A stretch of DNA of 64,000 nt, from contig PKUA01000012.1 of NCBI GenBank assembly GCA_002868905.1, positions 1,863-65,862 on the forward strand. Reading direction: 5' to 3'. The position numbers were made by a program, and so were the translations under genes. This document shows positions 29,316 to 38,927 of the stretch, in pieces. The DNA comes from Desulfuromonas sp. Its GTDB lineage: Bacteria; Desulfobacterota; Desulfuromonadia; Desulfuromonadales; Geothermobacteraceae. The notes under the pieces are model-generated. The model worked only from the letters and a program-made list of their open reading frames with translations, had not been told where the DNA came from and made no database searches. Every line of letters starts with the position of its first letter. Within the stretch, counting starts at the first letter, position 1.

Positions 29316-30112
29316 GCCCATTCACCTTTCCAAGGGGGACCTGTCGCAAGAAATATCGGATTCAGCAAAGACTCTTTATTGTAACGCAATGGAACACTTC
29401 CGGGGTCGACAACCTGCCCCCCTGCGCCGATCAACACGGCGTGGCCGGCCGCCGTATCCCATTCCATCGTCGGACCGAAGCGTGGATAGTAATCAGCCGA
29501 TCCGTCCGCGACCCGGCAGAACTTCAGGGAACTGCCGAAAGGCAACTGATTGTAGCTGGGGAGCCGCTCAAGAAATCGCGCCAGATCCGGAGAAGGATGA
29601 GAGCGACTGGCGACCACGTTCCAACACTCCTTTTCGGACCCGACCGGCACCTCTAATTTCCGAACCGTTTGCGCAGCGGTTTCGAGCCAGGAGCCATACT
29701 CCGGCCCGCCGGCGTAAAGCTGCTCCTGGGCCGGAACAAACACAACACCGAAGACAGGCGTCGAACCGATAATCAGGGCTATATTGACAGTGAACTCACC
29801 GTTTTTATTAATGAATTCTTTGGTGCCATCGAGAGGGTCGACAAGAAAAAACATCTCCCAGCGACTCCTCTCCTCCCAGGAGATCTCTCCACCCTCTTCC
29901 GACAAAACCGGGATATCCGGGAAATGCTCGCTTAATCCAGCAGCGATGCAATGGTGCGAAGCCCGGTCAGCCTCGGTCAGAGGAGAACTATCCTCCTTCC
30001 AATCGACGGCGATATCCCCGACCGTGTTGTAAATCCCCATAATGGCCGTCCCGGCTTGCCTGGCGAGTTTGCAGAGCAAAGCTTGCTGTTCCCGGTTGAG
30101 ACGATATTCCAT
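29312..30112 (-). CDS. cysQ: 3'(2'),5'-bisphosphate nucleotidase (PAP phosphatase)
   Basis: Inositol-monophosphatase fold. Contains VLSEEG, VDPLDGTKEF and WDTAAGHAVL. Start at ATG 30112 (MEYRLN), 4 nt after the cysN stop; the track ORF extends to 30184. Confidence 0.85.
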   Translation of the reverse strand: MEYRLNREQQALLCKLARQAGTAIMGIYNTVGDIAVDWKEDSSPLTEADRASHHCIAAGLSEHFPDIPVLSEEGGEISWEERSRWEMFFLVDPLDGTKEFINKNGEFTVNIALIIGSTPVFGVVFVPAQEQLYAGGPEYGSWLETAAQTVRKLEVPVGSEKECWNVVASRSHPSPDLARFLERLPSYNQLPFGSSLKFCRVADGSADYYPRFGPTMEWDTAAGHAVLIGAGGQVVDPGSVPLRYNKESLLNPIFLATGPPWKGEWA

Positions 30113-30116
30113 AGCT

Positions 30117-31946
30117 TTATCCCTTGAAAATGATACCCTGCTCCTGGAGCAGGGACTTGACATGGGCGACACCGTCTTCAACATTCAACTGAGCCGGCAC
30201 TTCCGTATCGGCCGAGACCGGCATGCCTGATTGATCGCCTGACCAGACCACAAGGACAGGATGCCGCTGCAGAACGGTTCGGATCATCTCGAGATCATGC
30301 TGGCTCAAATCAATGGCGGTTGCCACCAGGATCATGCCGGAATCAAGGAACAAATGGGCTACCTCGGCAAAGCGACGCAGATGTTCGTCGCGATGCTCCA
30401 CCCGGCTGTCACTGCCGGGGGTCTTCAGGTCGGCATCGACCCCGTACAGCAGACTGCCGATACCGAGATAATAGGTTAACCGGCCGTGGGAGAACAGATC
30501 TGCCTCCAGCGCCTTGGCGACCTCCTTTTTCCGCGAGTCCTCGTGGCCGGTCACTAGGACCAACGCAGCTCTCTGGCAATAGTGTTCGGCGCGTTGCAGC
30601 CGACCGATCGCACTCTTCTCCCACTTGATGTTCCGGGTCATCACCTTGTCGCGCAACCAGCTCTGATCATCCTCAAGAGCCTCCTGGATGATCCCGCCGC
30701 CGGCGATTTCGTAATCATCGATAATGACGAAACGTCCCGTCTCGGCATTATCGACCGAAAGGTCGAAAGCAATCGGCTGATCACACTGCAGGACACATTC
30801 TGCCACATCGTGCCGTTTCACTTCCTCCGGGCTTGCCAAAGCTTCCAGGTTGGACGCATCGATCAACCGGTTGATCTGCTCCAGTCGTGCCCGAACCTTG
30901 CAGGTCCCGATCCGCAACAGGACATCCCGACTGGAGGACAGGCTCTTCCTGGCAAGCCAGAACAGGCTGACCTTCAACCGGGTTGCCACCTTGGGATTCG
31001 CCTCCCCTTCAATCGCAACCATATCCCCACGTGTCACGTAGAGTTGCTCTTCCAGGGTTATCCCAACCGGGTTGCCGCTGATTTCACTGCCCGGTATGTC
31101 TGCGGGGGATTCTGGCACCGGAAAAGTCTGGAGACTTTGCACGGTCGTTCTTTTCCCGGACGGGAAGAAAACGACTTTATCCCCGACCCGAACCCGACCG
31201 CTGGTAATGGTGCCGGCAATGATACGGCGGCTGTCCCCGAAGCGGGTGAACTTGTAAACGTCCTGAACCGGCAACCTGAACGGCAGGCTCTCATCGGGCG
31301 GCAACACTTCAAAATCGTCCAGAGTCTGCAGGACGGTTTTCCCGTCGTACCACGGCATCCCCTCTCCGAAACCTGCGACATTGTCTCCCGCCATACCGGA
31401 AACCGGAATGAACAGTTCAGCTTCGAGACCGATCCCGCTCAGGAACTCGGAATATTCGCTGCGAATCCGCTCAAACACCTGCTGGCTGTAACCGACAAGG
31501 TCCATCTTGTTGACCAGGACGGCGATCTTGCGAATGCCGAGCATGCCGAGCATGTAGCCGTGGCGACGGGAGTTTTCCTGCACTCCCTCATTGGCATCGA
31601 TCACCAACAGGGCCGCCTCCGCCCGGGAAGCGCCGGTAATCATATTTTTCAGGAATTCGATATGCCCCGGCGCGTCAATAATGATGTAGTGCCGTTTCTC
31701 GGTTTTGAAAAACACCCGCGCTGAATCAATGGTGATGCCCTGGGACTGTTCGTCCTTCAAGGCATCGAGCAGGAAAGCGTATTCAAACGGCTTGCTGGTC
31801 CGCTCGCAGAGATCACGAATCTGCTGGAGCTTCCCTTTCGGCAGGCTGTCGGTATCCGCCAGCAGGCGTCCGATAACGGTCGATTTCCCATGATCGACGT
31901 GACCGACGATCACGATATTCATCTGTTGTTTCATACTGGTTGGCAT
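30117..31946 (-). CDS. cysN: Sulfate adenylyltransferase subunit 1 (CysN GTPase) fused to a degenerate APS-kinase-like C-terminal domain
   Basis: GTPase motifs [17 protein letters not shown] and NKMD. The C-terminal domain of about 165 aa aligns by eye to APS kinase but has GHEDSRKKE where the P-loop GLSGSGKST should be. Confidence 0.88.
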   Translation of the reverse strand: MPTSMKQQMNIVIVGHVDHGKSTVIGRLLADTDSLPKGKLQQIRDLCERTSKPFEYAFLLDALKDEQSQGITIDSARVFFKTEKRHYIIIDAPGHIEFLKNMITGASRAEAALLVIDANEGVQENSRRHGYMLGMLGIRKIAVLVNKMDLVGYSQQVFERIRSEYSEFLSGIGLEAELFIPVSGMAGDNVAGFGEGMPWYDGKTVLQTLDDFEVLPPDESLPFRLPVQDVYKFTRFGDSRRIIAGTITSGRVRVGDKVVFFPSGKRTTVQSLQTFPVPESPADIPGSEISGNPVGITLEEQLYVTRGDMVAIEGEANPKVATRLKVSLFWLARKSLSSSRDVLLRIGTCKVRARLEQINRLIDASNLEALASPEEVKRHDVAECVLQCDQPIAFDLSVDNAETGRFVIIDDYEIAGGGIIQEALEDDQSWLRDKVMTRNIKWEKSAIGRLQRAEHYCQRAALVLVTGHEDSRKKEVAKALEADLFSHGRLTYYLGIGSLLYGVDADLKTPGSDSRVEHRDEHLRRFAEVAHLFLDSGMILVATAIDLSQHDLEMIRTVLQRHPVLVVWSGDQSGMPVSADTEVPAQLNVEDGVAHVKSLLQEQGIIFKG

Positions 31947-31985
31947 TCCGTTTATTTAGAGGTTCCTGATAACAATCAGAACAAA

Positions 31986-32888
31986 TTACATGTAGCCGTC
32001 ACGCCGCAAAGTCTCAAGACCGCCGCCGTCATCCTTGTCCTGGGCCCGTCCGGAGCGCTCAGCAATATTTGACAGTTGCCCACTCTGCAACTCGTCGATA
32101 ATGTCGTCAACCGTCTTCGACGTCGAATCGATCGGAGTGGTGCAAGGCTGGCAGCCGAGGGAGCGATACCGTTTCCCATCTCCCTGGTCGTAATAGAGAG
32201 AGACGGTCGGGATCTCCTCCTGGCGGATATATTCCCAGATATTCAACTCGGTCCAGTCGAGCAGCGGGTGGATACGGACATGGGTGCCTGGCGCAAAATC
32301 GGTTTTGTAGTAGCTCCAGAACTCGGGGGGCTGATCGGCGATATCCCAGGTCGCGGCACGATTACGGGCCGAAAAATAACGTTCCTTGGAACGGGATCCC
32401 TCCTCGTCCGCCCGCACTCCGGCAATGACCCCGGTATACGGCTCGTTGTTGCGATCCAGATCGTATTCACCTGTTTTGTGGTTGAAACGATAGCGGGGCC
32501 AGCTGCCATCCAGGGTGTGAACCAGCGCCTGGGTCTTGAGATTGCGGCAGCAGGTAATCCGGTCGACATTCCCGTCAGGAAACGTCTCCTTTTGATCCAG
32601 GGCGGAAGCATTCTCACCCACCACCATGGTCAGTCCCCACTCTTTGGTCAGACGGTCCCGGTAGCTGATCATCTCGGGGATTTTATAGTGGGTGTCGATA
32701 TGCACAAGCGGAAACGGCACATGCCCGTAAAACGCTTTGCGTGCGAGCCAGAGCATCACGGTGCTGTCCTTGCCGATCGACCACAGCATGCACAGGTTGC
32801 CGAAGCTGGCATACGCTTCGCGCAGGATATGGATAGAGATGTTTTCCAGTCGTTTCAGGTGTGGAAATGTCCTTTTAGTCGTCATCAA
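31986..32888 (-). CDS. cysD: Sulfate adenylyltransferase subunit 2
   Basis: 300 aa. Contains [19 protein letters not shown] (PP-loop SxGKDS) and [10 protein letters not shown]. Confidence 0.93.
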   Translation of the reverse strand: MMTTKRTFPHLKRLENISIHILREAYASFGNLCMLWSIGKDSTVMLWLARKAFYGHVPFPLVHIDTHYKIPEMISYRDRLTKEWGLTMVVGENASALDQKETFPDGNVDRITCCRNLKTQALVHTLDGSWPRYRFNHKTGEYDLDRNNEPYTGVIAGVRADEEGSRSKERYFSARNRAATWDIADQPPEFWSYYKTDFAPGTHVRIHPLLDWTELNIWEYIRQEEIPTVSLYYDQGDGKRYRSLGCQPCTTPIDSTSKTVDDIIDELQSGQLSNIAERSGRAQDKDDGGGLETLRRDGYM

Positions 32889-32932
32889 TCTTTCCTGATT
32901 TCTCCGCGCCGGGCATCAACGGTTGACCCGGG

Positions 32933-33556
32933 CTAAATATAAAGGGCATTCAACCCTTTAAGATAGTTGACTTCTTCCAAGTAGTCGAGAATGGCCTCAA
33001 CCGCCTGCTCGACATTCAGTTGTTCCGTATCGATCGTCATCTCCGGGTTCAAAGGCTCTTCGTATGGGCTGGAAATCCCCGTAAAGTCAGGGATTTGTCC
33101 TGCGCGTGCTTTTTTGTATAGCCCCTTTGGATCCCGCTGTTCGCAACGATCCAGACCACATTTGACATGAATTTCGATAAACTCCCTAGGCTCCAGAATG
33201 GCACGTACCCGATCCCGGTCCTCCCGAAACGGCGAGATGAAAGCGGCCATCACCACCATTCCGGCATCAACGAAAAGCTTGGCCATCTCCCCGATCCGAC
33301 GGATATTTTCCGTGCGGTCATCGGCGCTGAATCCGAGATCGCTGTTCAGACCGTGCCGGACATTGTCGCCGTCCAGAACGTAGGTATGCCACCCCTGGCG
33401 AAACAGGCGTTCGTGCACGGCATGAGCCAAGGTCGACTTGCCGGACCCGGAAAGTCCGGTAAACCAGAGGACCATCGAACCGTGTCCATTGCGTGAGCGG
33501 TAATCGCTCTTACGCACCGAACCTTCGTGCCAGACGATGTGACGTTCAGCGGACAC
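32933..33556 (-). CDS. cysC: Adenylylsulfate (APS) kinase
   Basis: 207 aa. Contains [36 protein letters not shown] and [31 protein letters not shown], all canonical. Confidence 0.93.
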   Translation of the reverse strand: MSAERHIVWHEGSVRKSDYRSRNGHGSMVLWFTGLSGSGKSTLAHAVHERLFRQGWHTYVLDGDNVRHGLNSDLGFSADDRTENIRRIGEMAKLFVDAGMVVMAAFISPFREDRDRVRAILEPREFIEIHVKCGLDRCEQRDPKGLYKKARAGQIPDFTGISSPYEEPLNPEMTIDTEQLNVEQAVEAILDYLEEVNYLKGLNALYI

Positions 33557-34307
33557 GCAGCAACCTCCGTTTCAGATAGTCATAGACCTGATCAGCGGCG
33601 ACGTCGAAATCTGTGTCATCGACGTCGATGACAATCTCGGGGGCTGAACTTTCCTCGTAGGCGACGTCGACACCGGGGAAATACCGGTATTCGCCATTAC
33701 GGGCGAGTGCATAGTGCCCCTTGTCATCCCGTTTTTCGCATGCCTCGGCTGTCGACCTCATATGGACTTCGACAAAATGTCCGGCCACCTGGCGGGCAAA
33801 TTCACGACTCTGCCTGTAGGGCGAGACAAAGGAAGCGACCACGACCACCCCGTTTTTTTCGAGCATGGCAGCAAGATGCCCGGCCCGCTTGACATGGCGG
33901 TCCACCTCGTCCGGAGAGAAACCGGTCTCCGGAAACAACGGACGGACATCGTGGCTATCGATCCGTTCGACCTTCAGGCCGAATTCCCGCAACCTCCTGG
34001 TGACCTCATCAGCCACAATTTTCTTGCCGGAAGCGGGCAGTCCGGTAAACCAGAGGACAAAGGGTGCTATCTCCTTCCGTCCGTAGCGGATTCGCGTCCA
34101 GAGGCGCTCGTGAAAAAAATAGAGCCCCATCTTCGCCACAACTTCCAACAAACCAACCGTAATGGCCAGTGTCAGTTCGCCGGTAAAAATCAGCACAATA
34201 ACGGCGGTGGTTACTGTCGCCCATATCCGCCAGGAAACCGCCTTGAAAACGGAGCGGCGCTTCGTCTCAAAAATCACTGCCGTACTCCTCGATCTTTCCC
34301 GAAGCAC
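33546..34307 (-). CDS. DUF2061 membrane domain fused to an APS-kinase-like domain
   Basis: N-terminal [14 protein letters not shown]...[10 protein letters not shown] is the 2-TM DUF2061 signature. C-terminal [29 protein letters not shown] and [10 protein letters not shown] parallel the CysC motifs with substitutions. Confidence 0.75.
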   Translation of the reverse strand: MLRERSRSTAVIFETKRRSVFKAVSWRIWATVTTAVIVLIFTGELTLAITVGLLEVVAKMGLYFFHERLWTRIRYGRKEIAPFVLWFTGLPASGKKIVADEVTRRLREFGLKVERIDSHDVRPLFPETGFSPDEVDRHVKRAGHLAAMLEKNGVVVVASFVSPYRQSREFARQVAGHFVEVHMRSTAEACEKRDDKGHYALARNGEYRYFPGVDVAYEESSAPEIVIDVDDTDFDVAADQVYDYLKRRLLRVR

Positions 34308-34330
34308 GCCCGGCCATCAGCCGGCCGACC

Positions 34331-34357
34331 AAAATAGGAAAGGGGCGAAACCGCCCC
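34331..34357 (-). terminator. Intrinsic terminator after gmhB
   Basis: On the minus strand: GGGGCG-gttt-CGCCCC followed by TTTCCTATTTT. It lies in the 124-nt gap between gmhB and the DUF2061-APSK gene. Confidence 0.55.
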
Positions 34358-34431
34358 AAGTAGCCTCTAACCGTTTAGGATAACGGCTTAAACTGTGGAA
34401 AATTATCACAAAAGGACCTTGAGGGTCAATA

Positions 34432-35022
34432 TCACTGACACTCCAGATCGCCTTCGTCGAGAACCAGGTTAACGGCTGCCGGCAGGTCATCGACAACATT
34501 CAGCGCCCCCCCCCCGGTCATCTCCGTTTCAACCCCGTATCCGGTCCGGACCAGAATGGAGCGGCAACCCGCCCTGTGACCGGCCTCCAGGTCGGCCGAC
34601 TTGTCGCCGACCATGTAGGAGGCCGCCAGGTCGATTCCGAGTTCTCCGGCCGCCTGCAGCAGCAACCCCGGCGCCCCCTTTCTGCAGTCACACTCGCGCC
34701 TGAGTTTCCCCGTTCCGGCCGTCGGGTGATGCGGGCAGATGTAAAATCGATCGATGCGAGCGCCAAAATGTGACAATTGCGCCTGAATGTGCGTATGCAG
34801 CTTCTCGACGTCTTCCAGGGGGAAATAACCGCGGGCTACCCCGGATTGATTGGTAACCACCACCACAAGGCAACCTGCCTTGTTCAAACGAGCAATCGCC
34901 TCAGGCACTCCCGGAATGAATTCAAAGTCCTCGATGCGGTAAAGATAATCTTTCTCCACGTTGATTGTGCCATCTCGGTCGAGAAATACCGCTTTACGCA
35001 ATGTTTGTCCTGGAGAGATCAT
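34432..35022 (-). CDS. gmhB: D-glycero-D-manno-heptose 1,7-bisphosphate phosphatase (HAD)
   Basis: Contains VFLDRDGTIN, VVVTNQSGVARG, CPHHP...C.CRKGAPG and VGDKSADLEAG. Confidence 0.88.
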   Translation of the reverse strand: MISPGQTLRKAVFLDRDGTINVEKDYLYRIEDFEFIPGVPEAIARLNKAGCLVVVVTNQSGVARGYFPLEDVEKLHTHIQAQLSHFGARIDRFYICPHHPTAGTGKLRRECDCRKGAPGLLLQAAGELGIDLAASYMVGDKSADLEAGHRAGCRSILVRTGYGVETEMTGGGALNVVDDLPAAVNLVLDEGDLECQ

Positions 35023-35031
35023 CCCGGATGA

Positions 35032-36504
35032 TCACGCGTCGCCGTACTGTTCCAGAATACGGTCAATGATGTTCGAGGTCGATTTGCCATCGACAAACTG
35101 AATCAACTTCAGACAGCCGCCATAAGATTCAACGAACTCGCGCCCGACCACCTGTTCCGGCTCGTAGTCCCCCCCCTTGATCAGCACGTCCGGACGGACT
35201 CGTTCGATCAACTCCTGCGGCGTGTCCTGATTAAAGACTACCACGTAATCGATGCAGTCGAGTGCGGCGAGGATGTGCGCCCGCTCCTCTTGGCCGATCA
35301 ATGGTCTTTTCTCCCCTTTCAACCGCTTGATCGAGCTGTCGGAGTTCAAACCGAGCACCAGGAGATCGCCGGCCATGCGGGCCTTCTCCAGGTATTTGAC
35401 ATGACCGACATGGAGCAGGTCGAAACAACCATTGGTAAAAACGATACGTCTCCCCCGCAGCCGCTCTTTTTCGAGCGCGGTTGCCAAGCCGTCCCAGCTG
35501 AGGATTTTGCGTGCCACCCCGAGGTCTTCCCGTCCAACTTCCTGCAAAATTTCTTCGGGGAGCACGGTCGATGTCCCGACCTTGCCGACCACAATTCCCG
35601 CCGCAAGGTTGGCCAACTCCACCGCCTGCACAAAATTCCGCCCGGTGGCGAGGGCAACACCGAGACCTGCAAGGACCGTGTCTCCAGCTCCCGAGATATC
35701 GAAAACCTCGCGGGCGCGGGTCGGCAGATGACGTACATCCTCATCACGCACGAACAGCGACATCCCCTCCTCGCTTCGGGTGACAACCAGGGCGTCGAGA
35801 TCGAGGCGCTCGCGTAAAGTCTCCGCGGCCGCGACCAGGGCCTTATCGTCAGGCAGGGATCGACCGACGGCGATGGACAACTCCTTGCGGTTAGGGGTCA
35901 ACAGGGTCGCTCCGTGGTACTTGGCGTAATCATCCCCCTTCGGGTCGACCAGAACCGGGATCCCCTTTTCCCTGCATATTCCGATAAGATTCTGGACAAG
36001 GTTTTCCGTCAGGGTACCCTTGAGATAATCCGACAGCAGGACGATATCGACCTCGGCCACCAATTGACGGCAGGCAGACAGCAGGCGCTGCTCCAGTTCT
36101 TCATCGAGCGGTGTACATATCTCACGATCGATGCGCATCATCTGCTGTTGCTGGGCAATGACCCGTGACTTGCGGGTGGTGCAACGTTCGCCTGAAACCA
36201 GCAACCCCTCCGTGTCGATCCCGGAGCCGGAGAGAATCCTGTTTGCCTCGCGACCATCGAGGTCATCACCGACAACACCAGCCAGCTTGACGTCGACACC
36301 GAGCGTTGCGAGATTCAGAGCGACATTGCCTGCGCCGCCGAGGCGAAGTTCTGTCCGGACAATGTTGACCACCGGTACCGGCGCTTCGGGAGAGATCCGA
36401 CCGGCATCCCCCCAAAGATACTCATCGAGCATCAAATCACCTGCGACCAACACCTTGCGACCTGACAAATCCTTGAACAGTTCGGTGATCGTCTCGAAAT
36501 CCAT
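35032..36504 (-). CDS. hldE: Bifunctional D-beta-D-heptose 7-phosphate kinase / heptose 1-phosphate adenylyltransferase
   Basis: N-terminal PfkB kinase domain (VLVAGDLMLDEYLWG...DISGAGDT). C-terminal cytidylyltransferase domain (VFTNGCFDLLHVGHVKYL). Start at ATG 36504, sharing 1 nt with the gmhA stop; the track ORF extends to 36651. Confidence 0.92.
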   Translation of the reverse strand: MDFETITELFKDLSGRKVLVAGDLMLDEYLWGDAGRISPEAPVPVVNIVRTELRLGGAGNVALNLATLGVDVKLAGVVGDDLDGREANRILSGSGIDTEGLLVSGERCTTRKSRVIAQQQQMMRIDREICTPLDEELEQRLLSACRQLVAEVDIVLLSDYLKGTLTENLVQNLIGICREKGIPVLVDPKGDDYAKYHGATLLTPNRKELSIAVGRSLPDDKALVAAAETLRERLDLDALVVTRSEEGMSLFVRDEDVRHLPTRAREVFDISGAGDTVLAGLGVALATGRNFVQAVELANLAAGIVVGKVGTSTVLPEEILQEVGREDLGVARKILSWDGLATALEKERLRGRRIVFTNGCFDLLHVGHVKYLEKARMAGDLLVLGLNSDSSIKRLKGEKRPLIGQEERAHILAALDCIDYVVVFNQDTPQELIERVRPDVLIKGGDYEPEQVVGREFVESYGGCLKLIQFVDGKSTSNIIDRILEQYGDA

Positions 36505-37076
36505 CACCCCTCCTGGCACGTTAACCGGCTCTCGATCATGGCACAGAGCATGTGAATGACCGTCACATGCGCCTCCTGAATATGCGGTGTCTCCTCCGAA
36601 GGGACGACAAGACCGACATCGGTTGCCGCGGCGAGCGGACCCCCATCGCACCCGGCCAGGCAGACAGTCGCACAGCCTCGCTGCCGCCCTGCCTCAACCG
36701 CCTGGAGAACGTTCGGAGACCGCCCACTGGTGCTGATTCCACAGATCACGTCCCCGGGAGCGGCAAGGGCCTCCACCTGGCGGGCATAGACCATTTCAAA
36801 ACCGTAATCATTCCCGACGGCGGTCAGGATCGAACTGTCCGTGGTCAAGGCGATCGCGGGGATGGCCTTGCGCTCCTTGCGAAAACGACCGACCAGCTCA
36901 GCAGCAAAGTGCTGCGCGTCGGCGGCCGACCCACCGTTTCCCATGACCAGAAGCTTGCCGCCGGCCTGCAACGAAGCGACGATGACATCCGCCAGCTCGA
37001 GAATGGTACTGGCATGGTCCTCCTTGACCCTGTTCAAAACCTCGACGTGTTTTTCAAGATAACCAGCGATATCCAT
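36504..37076 (-). CDS. gmhA: Phosphoheptose isomerase (SIS domain)
   Basis: 190 aa. Contains LVMGNGGSAADAQHFAAELVGRF...GISTSGRSPNV. Confidence 0.92.
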   Translation of the reverse strand: MDIAGYLEKHVEVLNRVKEDHASTILELADVIVASLQAGGKLLVMGNGGSAADAQHFAAELVGRFRKERKAIPAIALTTDSSILTAVGNDYGFEMVYARQVEALAAPGDVICGISTSGRSPNVLQAVEAGRQRGCATVCLAGCDGGPLAAATDVGLVVPSEETPHIQEAHVTVIHMLCAMIESRLTCQEG

Positions 37077-37109
37077 CAGGTTCCCTTTTAATGGTTGATC
37101 CGCCTGCGA

Positions 37110-37778
37110 TCAGTCTAGCTCGGCCGGATCGAAGCGGTAGTCGAACAGATCAATGTCGGCCCGGAAATAGTCCGCCACCAAGGCGGCCGTCTCATCGTCA
37201 TAGTAGGAGCGATAGTCTTTTCGATCACTCGCCTTGCGTCGATGTTCAAGTTGCGGTGGCGCGATACCGATCCGGTTGCAAACCGTGGTGAAATCCTCGT
37301 GCAATCGTTCGTAGCGACCGACAAAATCGACCAGTACCTTGCCGTGCAAATCAACCAGGTAGTCCGACTGCAACTCGATGGAGGTGTCGATATGATACTG
37401 GTACGGACGTTCCGGATCGAGCTTGTATTTCAGAAAATCGGCGAAGGTGTCATGGCCGGCGACCAGGTGCGGCCGCTCACGCCTGATATGATGGAACGAG
37501 CTCACCTGGAGATCCCACGGATTGCGTACGAAGGCAAACTTGAACAACCGGTCGAAGATCTCCTTCGGCAGCATCTCCCTGGCAGCGATGACCTTGGCAT
37601 GCCGCGGTATCTTGCAGGCGAGGCGGTGGCCGGTGAGATGACTGAAACGACTGCAGACGAACTGCAGGGGAAACAGCGGATCGCGCCAGCGCAGACGACT
37701 CAAAGTCGCCCGCACACTGGTCCCGCCGGTTTTGGCGATATGAACGTAAAGAAAATTATATTTGTGACTTATCAACAT
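37110..37778 (-). CDS. Sulfotransferase family 2 protein (PAPS-dependent carbohydrate sulfotransferase-like)
   Basis: 222 aa. Contains FLYVHIAKTGGTSV (5'-phosphosulfate-binding loop, P/A-K-T-G-G-T-S) and FAFVRNPWDLQVSSF (3'-phosphate-binding R-N-P...S), typical of Sulfotransfer_2 members. Confidence 0.75.
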   Translation of the reverse strand: MLISHKYNFLYVHIAKTGGTSVRATLSRLRWRDPLFPLQFVCSRFSHLTGHRLACKIPRHAKVIAAREMLPKEIFDRLFKFAFVRNPWDLQVSSFHHIRRERPHLVAGHDTFADFLKYKLDPERPYQYHIDTSIELQSDYLVDLHGKVLVDFVGRYERLHEDFTTVCNRIGIAPPQLEHRRKASDRKDYRSYYDDETAALVADYFRADIDLFDYRFDPAELD

Positions 37779-37814
37779 GGCTCAGATTATTCTGTGAATC
37801 GACCCTTCAGTGGA

Positions 37815-38927
37815 TCATTTCAGTAATAAATCGGCATATTGCCGGCTGCTCTCCTCGACCGTAAACGATTGTACAGCCAGTTGCAAACTCTTTGGGTCGG
37901 GCGGGGCCTCGAGCACATGATTCATAGCGGTGGCCAATGCGTTGACATCCCCCACCGGGACAAGCGGCGCCACTTGACCTCCCTGGAGAATTTCACGTGG
38001 GCCGTTCGGACAATCGGTCGCCACCACAGGCGTTCCGACCGCCAGCGCTTCAACCAGAACGTTCCCGAAACCTTCCCATGCCGACGACAAGACGAAAAGG
38101 TCGGCTCTCGCCATGTAGGCATATGGGTTGTCAACAAAACCCGGAAGATCGACTTTCGCATTCAGGCCGAGTTCGTCCCGCAATGCCTCAAGTTTCTTTC
38201 GATCGCCCCCTTCACCCAGGATAACCAACCGACACGCCCTCTGCTGCTCCAATATTGCAAAAGCCCGCAGCAGGGTGGGAAAGTCTTTTTGTCGGGTCAA
38301 ACGGCCGACCCCCAGCACGACCGGCTCACCTCCATCCCCAAACCAGGGATGAGGACACGGCTCTCCGGCCTGGCTGGCAAGATTCGCGGGGACCGTCGGA
38401 TTATAGATGGTATGGAAAAAGCCGCGCGACAAACCGGTGATCCGGCACAGGTCATCGGCAACACCATCGGAGATCCCTACGATTCCATCTGCAAAACGAT
38501 AGAACATTCGCATGGGCAGAAACCTGGCCGTGCGCTGCAACCAGGATTTCCCTGCAAGGGCCGCCGAGGGGGTTGTGCCAATGCGAATCAGCAATTTTTC
38601 CGGTTGTCCGCCGGCCAAAACCCTGGCAAGGACGGCGACCTGTCCGGCGCGGTCCTTGGCGGCAAGCAGGGCATCAGGACGTGCCTTGCGGATATAGCTA
38701 GTCAAGGCGAATAAACTGGACATGGTGTGTCTCGCCTTCAGCTTGACCACGTTCACTTCATCCGGCAGGCCCACAAGATGATCGCTCTCGGCCTTCACCA
38801 AAACCAGATCAACCCGGTGCCCGAGATCGACCAGCCCCCGACAAAGGTTGCAGACCATCTTCTCCACCCCGCCCATGCCGGAAAAAGAGACAAAGACGGC
38901 AAGGTGCTTCTGCTTAATCTCTCGCAA
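37815..38927 (-). CDS. Glycosyltransferase family 4 (GT-B, RfaB-like)
   Basis: 370 aa. N-terminal SFSGMGGVEKMV. C-terminal LSSAWEGFGNVLVEALAVGTPVVATD, the E(x7)E GT4 motif. Confidence 0.85.
   Translation of the reverse strand: MREIKQKHLAVFVSFSGMGGVEKMVCNLCRGLVDLGHRVDLVLVKAESDHLVGLPDEVNVVKLKARHTMSSLFALTSYIRKARPDALLAAKDRAGQVAVLARVLAGGQPEKLLIRIGTTPSAALAGKSWLQRTARFLPMRMFYRFADGIVGISDGVADDLCRITGLSRGFFHTIYNPTVPANLASQAGEPCPHPWFGDGGEPVVLGVGRLTRQKDFPTLLRAFAILEQQRACRLVILGEGGDRKKLEALRDELGLNAKVDLPGFVDNPYAYMARADLFVLSSAWEGFGNVLVEALAVGTPVVATDCPNGPREILQGGQVAPLVPVGDVNALATAMNHVLEAPPDPKSLQLAVQSFTVEESSRQYADLLLK

Noticed and set aside
30582-32936. 380-aa and 286-aa plus-strand ORFs
   Set aside because: They are antisense to cysN and cysD, with no recognisable domains.
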